DNA of 63,893 nucleotides, counting the filler, from Phoronis australis (lineage: Eukaryota > Animalia > Phoronida), in assembly GCA_002633005.1 (NCBI GenBank). It is 7 parts of 7 records of this genome, joined end to end, with 100 filler letters (N's around TTAATTAATTAA, not from the genome) between each part and the next. Parts side by side here need not be neighbours in the genome. Positions count along the whole stretch, not along the records: positions 1 to 25,699 come from NMRA01001145.1; 6 more parts are not named here. The stretch is one strand, 5' to 3'. Within the stretch, counting starts at the first letter, position 1. Each line of letters opens with the position of its first letter. A program made the position numbers and the translations under genes. The notes below the pieces were generated by a model. The model did no database searches and had not been told where the DNA came from. It saw nothing but the letters and a program-made list of their open reading frames with translations. Positions 1 through 12,191 of this stretch are shown here, one piece after another.

Positions 1-751
1 CCCGGGCTGTGTGAAATTTCTGGGTCTAACGGAGACACTGACGCAGTGGTCAGCCAGCTCGCTGTATCAAGACTATAGTCAAAATCCAAATTCGTTTTAT
101 CGTGTCCCTGTCAATAATAATGGCATGCTAAAGCCTTCTTAATTTTCGTACTTCAGGAACATAACAATCACCTGTTTTGTACACATACGCGCACGCCGCA
201 GATCACATCTCGGAAATTGCCGATTTGACGGATGACAATGAATGAACACAATGAAATTAACAACGTCGTTTTACAGCTTGTAAGATTCATAATAAATAAA
301 CGTATTTTGAATATTGCAATGCATGTGTTCCAAAATCTAAATAACTTGGGTCCTATATTTTTGTATTAGTGCGCGCCGAATGAAAGTAATCGTGAGTGTT
401 GCTGTGTTGCAAAATCTCTTATCCTGGGCCGATTTGAAAAAGTTGTACTCATATTTGCTTTCGCTTCTCTTTTCAAATATTACAGTTAAATTTACGTAAA
501 ACTCTCTCCATAAAAAGTACAGTCTGCTAGCTAGATTGTAATCAGCTGATCATATCCGCATGAGTGAAGCCAATTATCCTCGCTCGTGACTCGATGACTA
601 GAGCAGCTTGGCGGCATCCCTTTGATCGTGAGCCGATTGCGACTCAGCCAAGGTGGATAAATACGGTCTACTTCAATTTTCCATACCCCACCGTTTACCT
701 TAACCACTGGGGTTAGGACCAATCTTATTTAGTGGGAATGTTGATAGCATG
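1..751 (-). mobile_element. Family A non-autonomous DNA transposon, copy A1 (cut by the window edge, inserted into copy A2)
   Basis: Reverse complement of the left part of the full copy at 3271-5013. Ends in the terminus ...GGGAATGTTGATAGCATG at 751 and is followed directly by internal family A sequence in the opposite orientation. Confidence 0.85.
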
Positions 752-1356
752 GTAAAACATGAGGAAGATTTCAGGTAATTTGTTGAGTCGAAACTATATT
801 TTTATTCAAGAGTACAAGTTTTCCTATTGACGATCGCGATTTAGCGACGTATCAGTCGGCAAGTTTTCGCCATGGGATTTCAGCAAAATTTTTTGAAAAA
901 TGATCGTAATTTAACAATGGAGTTTGATAGCAATACACCACGACTTTGCAGAAAGACTGTTATAGGCTACATATACGTCACAGAGCGTAAATTTGATGAA
1001 TCCTAGCTTTCGATTTTACTCGTTTTGGAGACCGGGTTTCAACTGCCTTAGGCTACATTAAGCGCCCCCATTCCCGTGAAATGAATTTTTCTAAGCATTC
1101 ATTAGAGCCAATACAGTATACAGCTTTCCACCAATGCTAGGTGATGCTACAGCATTATTCTTTGTTGCATTAGTTAACTGGTCTTGGCTAATTATCATTT
1201 TATGGCCTGGTCATCCATGCAGCCAAAAGTAGTTCCATAGGTGGCTTATTAGCCAATTATTCACGCATGATGACTCACAATAGAAGCCTGATAAGAGTGA
1301 AGGTGGATAAATGGGGTGTTCCTACAGTCTCTTGTGGTAGATGTGTTCACGACAAG
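752..1356 (+). mobile_element. Family A, copy A2 (right half; inserted into copy A3)
   Basis: Matches ~4404-5013. Ends GATGTGTTCACGACAAG (a variant of ...CACGACATG) and is followed by internal reverse-orientation A sequence. Confidence 0.8.
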
Positions 1357-3037
1357 GAGTGTTGCTGTGTTGCGAAATCTCTTATCCTGGGCCCATTTGA
1401 AAAATTCAAAGTTGTACTCATACCGTATTCGCCGTAATCACCGCCCAGAGGGGGCTTAGAAAAGTTTGGTTCAGGGGGGGCGCTTATTATAACCCAAGGC
1501 GGTTGAAACCCGGTCGCCGAAACGGGTGAAATCGGAAGCTAAGATTCAGCAAATTTACGTTCTGTGACGTATCTGTAATCTATGAAAGACTTCCAACAAA
1601 ACTGTGGTGCATTGCTATCAAACTTTGCTGCTAAATTACGATCATTTTTCAGAAACTTGTGCTGAAATCCCAGGGCGAAAACTCGCCGACTGACGGCATG
1701 CCTCAAAATCACCATCTTCGATATGGCGACTTCAATGCTTGAATAAAAACAGTTTCGACTCAAGCAAATTACCTGAAATCCTCATTAAGTTTTCTAAGTA
1801 GCGCCCCTAAGACTTTTTTTAGGTTCCCGTGGAGTCTGGATTTACGGCAGTTTTAAGTACAAATCTGCGCAACACCGGCAACACGGCGAGAAAAATGTCT
1901 GGACGAACACACATGTTGTCACGTGACGTTTGTTTTGAAGTTCGTCTGCGAGTAAGCGAGCGCGTGCGTGTAACCAGAGTTCATTTGCCAAAGCAGAGAC
2001 CGTCTTTTGGCCAGAGCCACGCAATCTAACGAGCTCGATGTGCATTGCTTTTAAAGAAATTTGCACAAGCACTAGGCCTACACCAGAGCTGGATGTGTAC
2101 GTAACTATGTGACAGTTATTTTTCGGTGTAAGGGTGTGTAAGCATTCCCTGTCAGTTGTCATTTTGTCGGATATTCGGCTTAAAAACACCAATGGTTAAT
2201 CAAACAATCCATCTAAAAAATAACGCAAACATGTTTTATAGTATTAGAAATTGTCGGAAATTAGGGCCAATATTCATTTCTTACAGATGCTATGTTACCC
2301 GTCTCACGAATGGATAGTTCCCCACTAATGTCTTTGATGACAGCTAGGTTCATATATGTAGCGCGTGCTTTCTGGCCACGTGCGTTCAACACCGAGTTAT
2401 TTTTATTCAGGATGTGTCTGTATTGAAAGGTCAGACCATAGTGGGACACGGTCCTCGCGAAAGTAGCAACGCTGCTGCGTTCTTTTTGAAGCGCTGTGTT
2501 ACTTTGAAGTGTATAGTCACGGCTAAATACAAACGTAGCAGTGCCGCTGGTGGTCTAGAAGACCCGAGCAAAACTTTTTTGATAAATTGAAGACGTTACT
2601 GTAGCCGAGTTTTAGGACTGAAGGTACGTCATTGTTCGCATGTACAAGTTCATGGACTGGGCGCTTATTTCAGCAAAGTCTGAAAACGCGTGGGGGGGCG
2701 CTTATAGGGGCATGGGCGGTTATTACGGCGAATACGGTATTTGTTTTCGCTCCTCTTTTCAAATATTACAGTAAAAACTACGTAAAACTCTCTCCATAAA
2801 AAGTACAGTCTGCTGCGCTAGACTGTTATCAGCTGATCATATCCGCATGAGCAAAGCCAATTATCCTTGCTCGTGACTCAATGAATAGAGCAGCTTGTGG
2901 CATCCCTTTGATTGTGAGCCGAGCGCAACTCAGCCAAAGTGGATAAATACGGTCTAGTTCAATCTGCCAAACCCCACCGTTTACCCTGATAGGCGGGGTT
3001 TGGGCCAATCTGATTTAATGGGAATGTTTATAGCATG
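1357..3037 (-). mobile_element. Family A, copy A3 (partial), split by family B element B1
   Basis: 1357-1422 and 2740-3037 join into contiguous A sequence (cf. GTACTCATATTTGTTTTCGC at ~13181). Terminus ...TATAGCATG at 3037. Confidence 0.8.
1423..2737. mobile_element. Family B non-autonomous Tc1/mariner-superfamily element (Tc2-like CCGTA termini), copy B1
   Basis: TIRs CCGTATTCGCCGTAATCACCGCCC / GGGCGGTTATTACGGCGAATACGG. TA duplication at 1421-1422 and 2738-2739; the empty site is visible in other A copies. No transposase ORF. Confidence 0.85.
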
Positions 3038-3270
3038 TTTGCCACAAAAGTTTCAACAACTTTCTATACCGCTTCACCTGATTTTGATAATTTTTGGAAT
3101 TTTGTGTGGGACATGGACACAGTTGCATTGGGTGCTGTACTCCCATTAAAAAACCTCTTGGCTCTGTGATTAGACTGCATTAACACGCCTTAGGCCCAGA
3201 TGAGACCATATAAGACAAGCATAACCAACTGGCTGTACCAAAGCATCAAACAATGTAGAGAATAACTTGA

Positions 3271-5013
3271 CATGCTATGAACATTCCCACTAAATGAGAT
3301 TGGTTCTAACCCCAGTGGTTAAGGTAAACGGTGGGGTATGGAAAATTGAACTAGACTGTATTTATCCACCTTGGCTGAGTCGCGCTCGGCTCACGATCAA
3401 AGGGATGCCGCCAAGCTGCTCTAATCATCGAGTCACGAGCGAGGATAATTGGCTTCGCTCATGCGGATATGATCAGCTGATTACAATCTAGCTAGCAGAC
3501 TGTACTTTTTATGAAGAGAGTTTTACGTAGTTTTTACTGTAATATTTGAAAAGAGGAGCGAAAACAAATATGAGTACAACTTTGAATTTTTCAAATCGGC
3601 CCAGGATAAGAGATTTTGCAACACAGCAACACTCACGATTACTTTCATTCGGCGCGCACTAATACAAAAATATAGGACCCAAGTTATTTAGATTTTGGAA
3701 CACATGCATTGCAATATTCAAAATACTTTTATTATGAATCTTACAAGCTGTAAAACGACGTTGTTAATTTCATTGTGTTCATTCATTGTCATCCGTCAAA
3801 TCGGCAATTTCCGAGATGTGATCTGCGGCGTGCGCGTATGTGTACAAAACACGTGATTGTTATGTTCCTGAAGTACGAAAATTAAGAAGGCTTTAACATG
3901 CCGTTATTATTGACAGGGACACGATAAAACGAATTTGGATTTTGACTATAGTCTTGATACAGCGATCTGACTGACCACTGCGTCAGTGTCTCCGTTAGAC
4001 CCAGAAATTTCACACAGCCCGGGTAGTTCATTTCGTCCCCAACATGTAGATCGAACCTTGGACTATTAATACTCCACGGCAGAGCTAACGACAGTCGGCC
4101 TGTGCACACAAAATCTGTGAGCTAACCAGCACTCACCTTGCACGTTACAGCCGTTGAAGTGAAAAACAATCAAGTAAACGCCATTTTCTTGTATAATCCT
4201 CCGCCTTTTGTAAAAAAAAAGTCTATCGTCGATGACCCGCACACGCACGCTCACTCACTCTCATACGCAGATGACCTTCAAAACAAACGTCACGTGACAA
4301 CATGTGTGTTCATCCAGAGATTTTTCTCGTGTTGTGGAGTACGATGTAGCGCACATTTGGACTTAATCGCAATTAATCTAGACTCCACATGAACTTTAAA
4401 AATTGTAAAACATCAGGAAGATTTCAGGTAATTTGTTGAGTCGCAACTATATTTTTATTCAAGACTACAAGTTTTCCTATTGACGATCGCGATTCAGTGA
4501 CGCATCAGTCGGCAAGTTTTCGCATTGTGATGAGCACAATTTTTTGAAAAATTGTCGTAATTTAACAACGGAAGTTGATAGCAATGCACCACAATTTTGT
4601 AGAAAGGCTGTCATAGGCTACAAATATGTGACAGAGCGTAAATTTGATGAATCCTAGCTTCCGATTTTACCCGTTTGGGAAACCGGGTTTCAACTGCCGT
4701 AGGCTCACTACAATATGCGTCCCCTCCCCGTGAAATGAATTTTTCTAAGCTTTTGTTTCAGCCAATACAGTATAGAGCTTTCCACCAAGGCTAGGTGGTG
4801 CAACACATTATTCTTTGTTGCATTATAGTAGCTGGTCTTGGCTAATTATCATTTTATGGCCTGGTCATCCATTCAGCCAAAAGTAGTTCCAGAGGTGGCT
4901 TATCAGCCAATTATTCACGCATGCTGACTCACAATAGAAGCCTGATAAGAGTGAAGGTGGATAAATGTGGTGTTCCTACAGTTTCTTGTTTTAGTGGATG
5001 TGTTCACGACATG
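3271..5013 (+). mobile_element. Family A, full-length copy A4 (~1.74 kb, imperfect TIRs, CATG termini)
   Basis: Left end CATGCTATGAACATTCCCACTAA; right end TTAGTGGATGTGTTCACGACATG. Colinear with 14425-16158. Flanks GA/TA. No recognisable transposase. Confidence 0.85.
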
Positions 5014-6163
5014 TATGGCATACCAAAATAAATTTTATACTTGGCAATTATTTGGCCTAAGCTCTATTGGCTGACTGAGCAAAAGCCTTAGACATTTGGA
5101 TCTAAGTGTTCACCTGACAGAGGTCACTCATTGTCAGTCAAAATAAGTTGTATGCATGCTATACAAATATTAGTGTACAGTATAAGACCCATTCACTGAG
5201 GTGCCGGCACCAGGCAGCATTTTTAAAATTGATATGCAAAAAAGTAATATACCACTGACACTTGGTTAAAATAAAAGCAATTCTATCAATCTCTGCTGGT
5301 GATGCTAATTACAATTGTATTTGACAAGGGTATAGAATAGTTGATGAAAATGCAATGGGCTTCTTTGTGACCTACATCACATGGCAGAAGGATATTCACA
5401 AGAGAATTACTTAAGAAAAAAAGGTGAGATTTTGACATTATTAAAGAAGCGTATAAATCTGATCATGAAACCAATGTACTTATTAAAACCTTAAGCACAT
5501 ACTGGCAGCCTTAAAAACTCATGTCTGTGTTTAAAATGACAAATTATTCAGAATCTACTTTCACAGTTGCATTTGTGAATCTCATAGGTTGAGCTGTATA
5601 TAGCCATTATGATACACTTGGAAAACCTTTTTGTTAGCTAAAGATCAATCGGGACAGGGAGGCACAAGCCAACTGACTTGTGTGCTGAAAACAGAATCAG
5701 GCTCCATTTGTTATATCTTACTGTGAGGTTATTAACTATTTGTTGAAAATGAGTCTGACTGGCCTGAGGGAAATTCTAGGAAATAAGTGTTTATTTAGTC
5801 ACCAGGCAGTGTGAGCAGATTAAACACAGAAATACTGTTCCTTTCTTAAGTTTCTTCTGGTTCCTAAATTGTTGATCAAATGATTTAATACCACTGTGCC
5901 TTTCACCACAAACCTGCATGAGGGTCAGCCCTCTCAGCCAGTGACCACTTCCCTATCCCAGTTGCCAGCTGTCCCTCATGACAAAGCCGTCCTAACAATA
6001 GCCCTATAGTGAGCCAGCCAACCACACAAATCGCTTGTGCAGTATTACGTAAGCATTAACTAGGCCTTGGGCAGACACCAGAATAGAAGTTTCAGATATA
6101 ACTATTTATGCATGTGTTAAAAATTTTTGTGCTATATTGAAAATTATTGATCAAAATCGATTA

Positions 6164-7560
6164 CCGTATTTGCCGTATTAACCGCCCATGCCCCTATAAG
6201 TGCCCCCTCACGCGTTTTCAGACTTCGCTGAAATAAGCACCCAGTCCATGAACGTGTACACGGGAACAATGACGTACCTACAGTCCTAAAACTCGGCTAC
6301 AGTAACGTCTTCAATTTATCAAAAAAGTTTTGCACGGGTCTTCTAGACCACCAGCGGCACTGCTACGTTTGTATTTAGCCATGACTTTACACTTCAAAGT
6401 AACGCAGCGCTTCAAAAAGAACGCAACAGCGTTGCTACTCTCTCGCGGCGACCGTGTCCCACTCTATGGTCTGACCTTTCGGTAGACACATCGACTGTCT
6501 CAAGAATAAAAATAACTCGGTGTTATACGCACGTGGCCAGGAAGCGCGCGCGCTACATACATGAACCTGTCATCAAAGACATTAGTCAGGAATTTTCCAT
6601 TCATGAAACGGGTAGCATAGCATCGATAAGAAATGAATATTGGCACTAATTTCCGACAATTTCTAATACTATAAAACATGTTTGCGTTATTTTTGAGATG
6701 TATTGTTTGATTAACCATAATTGGTGTTTTTAAGCCGAACATCCGATAAAGTGACAACTGACAGTGAATGCTTACACACCCTTACACCGAAAAATAACTG
6801 TCAGATAGTTACGTACACATCCAGCTACACGGCGACTAATATGGGCCTTACCAAGACAAATGTCGAAAGTTTTTAGCCCGAGACCGGCAAATGCTGAATG
6901 AAACACGCTCTGGTTTAGGCCTACTGCCTGTCCAAATTTCTTTTTAGACACATCTAGCTAGTTAGATTGCGTGCCTCTTGCCAAAAGACGGTCTCTGCTT
7001 TGGCAAATGAACTCTGGTGACACCCACGCGATCGCTTATTCGCAGACGAACTCCAAAACAAACGTCACGTGTTCGTCCAGACATTTTTCTCGCCGTGTTG
7101 CCGATCATACATGTAGATGCACAGATTTGTACTTAAACCTGCCGTTAATCCAGACTCCACGGGAACTTAAAAAATCTTAGAGATGCTACTTATAAAACTT
7201 AATGAGGATTTCAGGTAATTTGCTTGAGTCAAAACCATTTTTATTCAAGCATCGAAATCGCCATATCGAAGACGGCGATTTCGAGGCAGTCAGTCGGCGA
7301 ATTTTTGCCCTGGAATTTCAGCACAATATTCTGTAAAATGGTCATAATTTAGCTGCAAAGTTTGATAGCAATGCACCACAGTTCTGTTGAAAGTCTTTCA
7401 TAGATTACATATACGTCACAGAGCGTAAATTTTATGAATCTTAGCTTCCGATTTCACCCATTTCGGAGACCGGGTTTCAACCGTCTGGTGGGTTATAATA
7501 AGCGCCCCCCCTGAACCGAACTTTTCTAAGCGCCCTGGGCGGTTATTACGTTGAATACGG
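6164..7560. mobile_element. Family B Tc2-like element, copy B2 (opposite orientation to B1)
   Basis: TA|CCGTATTTGCCGTATTAACCGCCC ... GGGCGGTTATTACGTTGAATACGG|TA. Reverse complement of B1, with an extra ~80-bp insert near 6830-6908. Confidence 0.85.
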
Positions 7561-8116
7561 TACATACAGTCGTTGAACGGCGAAAATTGATGCCCAACTT
7601 GCCGAGGAAACATACCTTGTCGTCACTCAGAGAAACGAAAAGTCCCGGCGAGAAAAGGAGACAGAAGTCCACTAAAAAAGATGCATACGCACAGTTCTGA
7701 TAGGTGGTACCCCGTTTTTTTAAAACTCTCGATTTTTTTGTCCACATGGACTGAAATTCGAGCCCCCCCATTTTCAAGGCTGGGCGCGCGCATGCTCGCG
7801 ATTAATTAGTCTTCTAATGGGATCAGACAATTGTACTATCTCAGTGCACAAATGTCCTACGTATTTTAAATCAAGAGTAGCGTGAATTTGACACCAGTTA
7901 CTTATTTCTCGGGAGTTTTGAGACTGGTCAGACGATGCATCATGTGGCGTACGAACTTGGAATTCAAAAACACTATCAGAATAGGTGAATTTTGAATAGT
8001 AAAAAACTTATGACTTTAAAAATACTGTTCTGTTTTGGCAATAGCTATGATTATGGTATTCGTGAAACATCCTTTTACAACGAACATTTCAAATGTTTAA
8101 ACTTCCAACAGCCATC

Positions 8117-8825
8117 ATCATAGGCGCAACAAAAACAAAACTGCCACTAGGAGGTGCCGCAGAAGTCGAAATCGTCGGAAAATCATCATCAACCGTCCTC
8201 TTTATAGTAAGCACATACATGCCAATTTTCACAATCATCCTTTGAGCGGTTTGGTTGATAGAGGGGTGGACGCAAAAAAACTCAAAAACAGTAAAAATGG
8301 CCACTAGGTGGTGCAAACTATGTCGAATCCATCCGAAAACGGGAGGATAGCGTCATCTCACTAATAGGTGCCTACATATTAAATTTCATGAAAATCCGAT
8401 AAGGACTTTTGAAGATACAAAGGTAAACGTAAAAAAAATAAAATTGCCACTAGGGGGCACACTGGTAGTCGGAACTGTCCAAAAGTCGTCGTCCTCCGTT
8501 GTTAACATCACATAAATATACTTACCAAATTTTGTAAAGATCCTGCGAACGGTTTAGGAGATACAGTCATAGGCGCAAAAAAACTGCCACTAGGAGGCGC
8601 CACAGCAGTCGAAATGTCGGAAAATCATCGTCAACCATCCTCTTCGTAGTAAGCACATACATGCCAATTTTCACAATCATCCTTTGAGCGGTTTGGTTGA
8701 TAGAGGGGTGGACACAAAAAACAGACTCATAAACAGTAAAAATGGCCACTAGGTTGCGCAAACTACGTCGAATCTATCCGAAAACAGGAGGATTGCGTCA
8801 TCTCACTAATAGGTGCCTACATACC
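8117..8825. repeat. Tandem array of ~140-158-bp monomers with a ~450-bp higher-order period
   Basis: GCCACTAGG recurs near 8143, 8300, 8446, 8586 and 8744. 8117-8377 is nearly repeated at 8567-8825. Ends at an N. Confidence 0.75.
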
Positions 8826-8826
8826 N

Positions 8827-11800
8827 ATCTAATTAATTGAAGAATGTTCTTGTGTAATCCCTGTTCCTATGGAGGAGAGCACCGCTTATATTGATTTTCA
8901 ATTGGATACAGTTCTGCGGCACCCCTAATGCCAATTTTGTTTGTTGCCTGTGCCTCGAGATTCACATAATTCTTGATGGATGTTCATGAGATTTTGTGCA
9001 TGTTCCTACAGAGTGGAGCATGGTTGTCATTGTTTTTAGTCCAGTCTGTTTTACTATGACACCTATGACAAACATGCGACTCATTTACCAAAACACCACT
9101 GTCTACATAGTGGGAAGGCAGGACGTAGCTGCTAAAAAGTTAATCTGTATGTCAGAATTTTTAGTCGACACTGACATCACTGGTATTTTTTAGCAAAATG
9201 TTTCCGCATACTGTTTTAAACACAACTGTATAGACTTCTATTTAAAGTCATTGAATAAAGAAATGGTTTATGCTCTGCCAATGAAACTTTCATTTTTAAC
9301 TGTACTATGCTATTAGATGGTATAGACATACCTACCACGTGGCACAGCAGTCAAATTTTTGGGAAATTTGTACTCCCAGTTTTAAAATCGTGTATAAGCC
9401 CTTCTTTGTGTGTAACCCAGCTACCAAATAATGTTCCTTGTAGTGTTATTTTATTTATAGACAAAACGCTGATTATAGTGATTGAAACAATTTTCGCAAC
9501 ACGTCTAGTGTGCTGTCCTGCTAAGTCATGCTCTTCCGATTTTATGGTAATACCGTAAATACCATAATGAGTATCTGTCAGCTTTAATTTAATCTGTGAA
9601 CTGTTAAAACTAGGTACACAATAATGCAAGTAGGCTGCGTTCTGAGTCAATTACCCACAAAAGTGCAGAATGACTAACCTTCTGCATACTTCACACTAGC
9701 TTGCCTTCAATTTGGACGATGATTTTCAGTTAAATTTAGCAAAAAGTAAAAAATGTTTTGCAAGGGTACACTTAAAAAACAGCATAACTAAGATGGCCAG
9801 TTTTATTTTCATTTCAAAACATACCAAGAAACGATTAGCACTCAAGCGGCAAGCCTTAATTGTTTCAGGGAGGTTTTTGCTCTCAAAAAAATACAGCCGA
9901 AATTTTGTGGGAATACTTTTGTCTTGTACTGTACTTTTAAGTGCTTATAATGTACGATTATGAGCCACTATTGGTACTTTCAGGATACTTATTTTGAATA
10001 ACCACACGTTAAGACAGCGTTAGTTTATTAAATTTGGGTGTTGTGATTCCGGTTAAAAGTTTTCAGAAGATTTTCATGCATCACTTTGATAAATGATCAA
10101 CCTCTCTTAAGATAGTGTATTTTTTGTTTCAGATTTAAAAAAGAAAAATACTGTTTTGGAACTAAAAAAGAAAACTACAAGTGGCTATGGGTCTCAGGAG
10201 GAGATTCCAATTAAAGGTTTGTATTAAAACTTTTACCAGAACGGTAATACGGATCTTGCATGGGAGGAATATAGACAATTCTGTTCATATGGGTGCCTGC
10301 ACTTGTCATCACTAGACATTACCAACAATGTTACAAGCTGTGCTGAAAAATTGTTGTAATTCATCAGGAAAAGGTAGAAATTTCAACTTTGGCTCGATAT
10401 CACATTGTTTTAATGAAAGCAATCCCACTTCCTAATGACATAATTACAGAACAATGGATATCGAGTACGTTTTCAAAAAACAAAGAGGTTTCCACTAGAG
10501 AACTGCTTTTCCTTCACCATATGACATTTAGCTTCATAACAGTTATTCTTAATAGAAATGATAAAAAACAAAGATTGTTTTATTTCAGCTTAGCAAACAG
10601 TCACACTCCTGAATGTTACAATAATTACAATAAAAACTTTCAATTCTGACAAAAGTTCTTGCTAATATTTATACTTTTATGCGCCCACATACGAACACTA
10701 TGAGAGTGCACAAACTTACAATCACCTCGGTCTATGGACATAAGGCAAGTGCAGCCAGCTCGCCTAAACCCTCGCAAGAACTTCATGGAATTTAGTGGAT
10801 GTGTTCCTACCAAGCTAATGACGGAGTATGACAACAATAACACGACCCGACTATTGCTCTTCCTCTAGTACCAATTTCATTTTCGTGTTTGTCCCAGTGT
10901 GTAACGACATTCCCTGATAGCTTTGAAAGAAATCTGAAACAAAGATGACACCTTCCCAGTTTTGCATGTATTCAACAGATTCCGCATCTTCTACACGGGA
11001 TTTTTTATTATTTCAATTCGTTTTTTGCGTCCAGCTCTTCACCTGCCAAACTGATCAAATCCTTGATATAAAATAAGGCAGATGTCCTGTTCAATATTTA
11101 GGCTTAGTCAGCAACTGTCCAACTTAACACAGCCTAACATAGGGTTTACTGTCCTGGCTGAGAATTGTTTTATGAGTTTGGATTAGATAAATAAGCTCAG
11201 AATGTTGGACACTGAGCACAGCTTACATTTACTTTGAGATGGGTCTGCCTACCATTGCCCCCTTGCTGAACTTTTGTTTCATGTTTCTACCAGGATATCT
11301 ATAAATTTAATTAATTGATGAATGTTCTTGTGTAATCCTTGTTCCTATGGAGGAGAGCACCGCTTATATTGATTTTCAATTGGATACAGTTCTGCAGCAC
11401 CCCCTAATGCCAATTTTGTTTGTTGCCTGTACCTCAAGATTCACATAATTCTTGATGGATGTTCATGAGATTTGGTGCATGTTCCTACAGAGTGGAGCAT
11501 GGTTGTCATTGTTTTTAGTCCAGTCTGTTTTTACTACTATGACACCTATGACAAACATGTGACTCATTTACCAAAACACCACTGTCTACATAGTGGGAAG
11601 GCAGGACGTAGCTGCTAAAAAGTTAATCTGTATGTCAGAATTTTTAGTCAACACTGACATCACTGGTATTTTTTAGCAAAATGTTTCCACATACTGTTTT
11701 AAACACAAAGGTATAGACTTCCATTTAAAGTGATTGAATAAAGAAATGGTTTATGCTCCGCCAACGAAACTTTCATTTTTAACTGTACTATGCTATTAGA

Positions 11801-12191
11801 TGGGTAGACATACCTACCACGTGGCACAGCAGTACCAGTAGANAGTCGACACTGACATCACTGGTATTTTTTAGCAAAATGTTTCCGCATACTGTTTTAA
11901 ACACAACTGTATAGACTTCCATTTAAAGTCATTGAATAAAGAAATGGTTTATGCTCTGCCAATGAAACTTTCATTTTTAACTGTACTATGCTATTAGATG
12001 GTATAGACATACCTACCACGTGGCACAGCAGTACCAGTAGACTACTAGTGCCTGGCAAGAGCAAGGTGTGTTCTGTCAAATTTTTGGGAAATTTGTACTC
12101 CCAGTTTTAAAATCGTGTATAAGCCCTTCTTTGTGTGTAACCCAGCTAGCAAATAAAGTTCCTTGTAAAGTGTTATTTTATTTATAGACAA
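8827..12191. repeat. Tandemly duplicated ~2.48-kb unit X (full copy 8827-~11304; partial copies ~11305-11842 and 11844-12191)
   Basis: 8827-9350 recurs at ~11305-11830, and 9163-9462 recurs at 11844-12191. A further copy lies at 13488-14329 plus 22147-22864. Confidence 0.8.
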
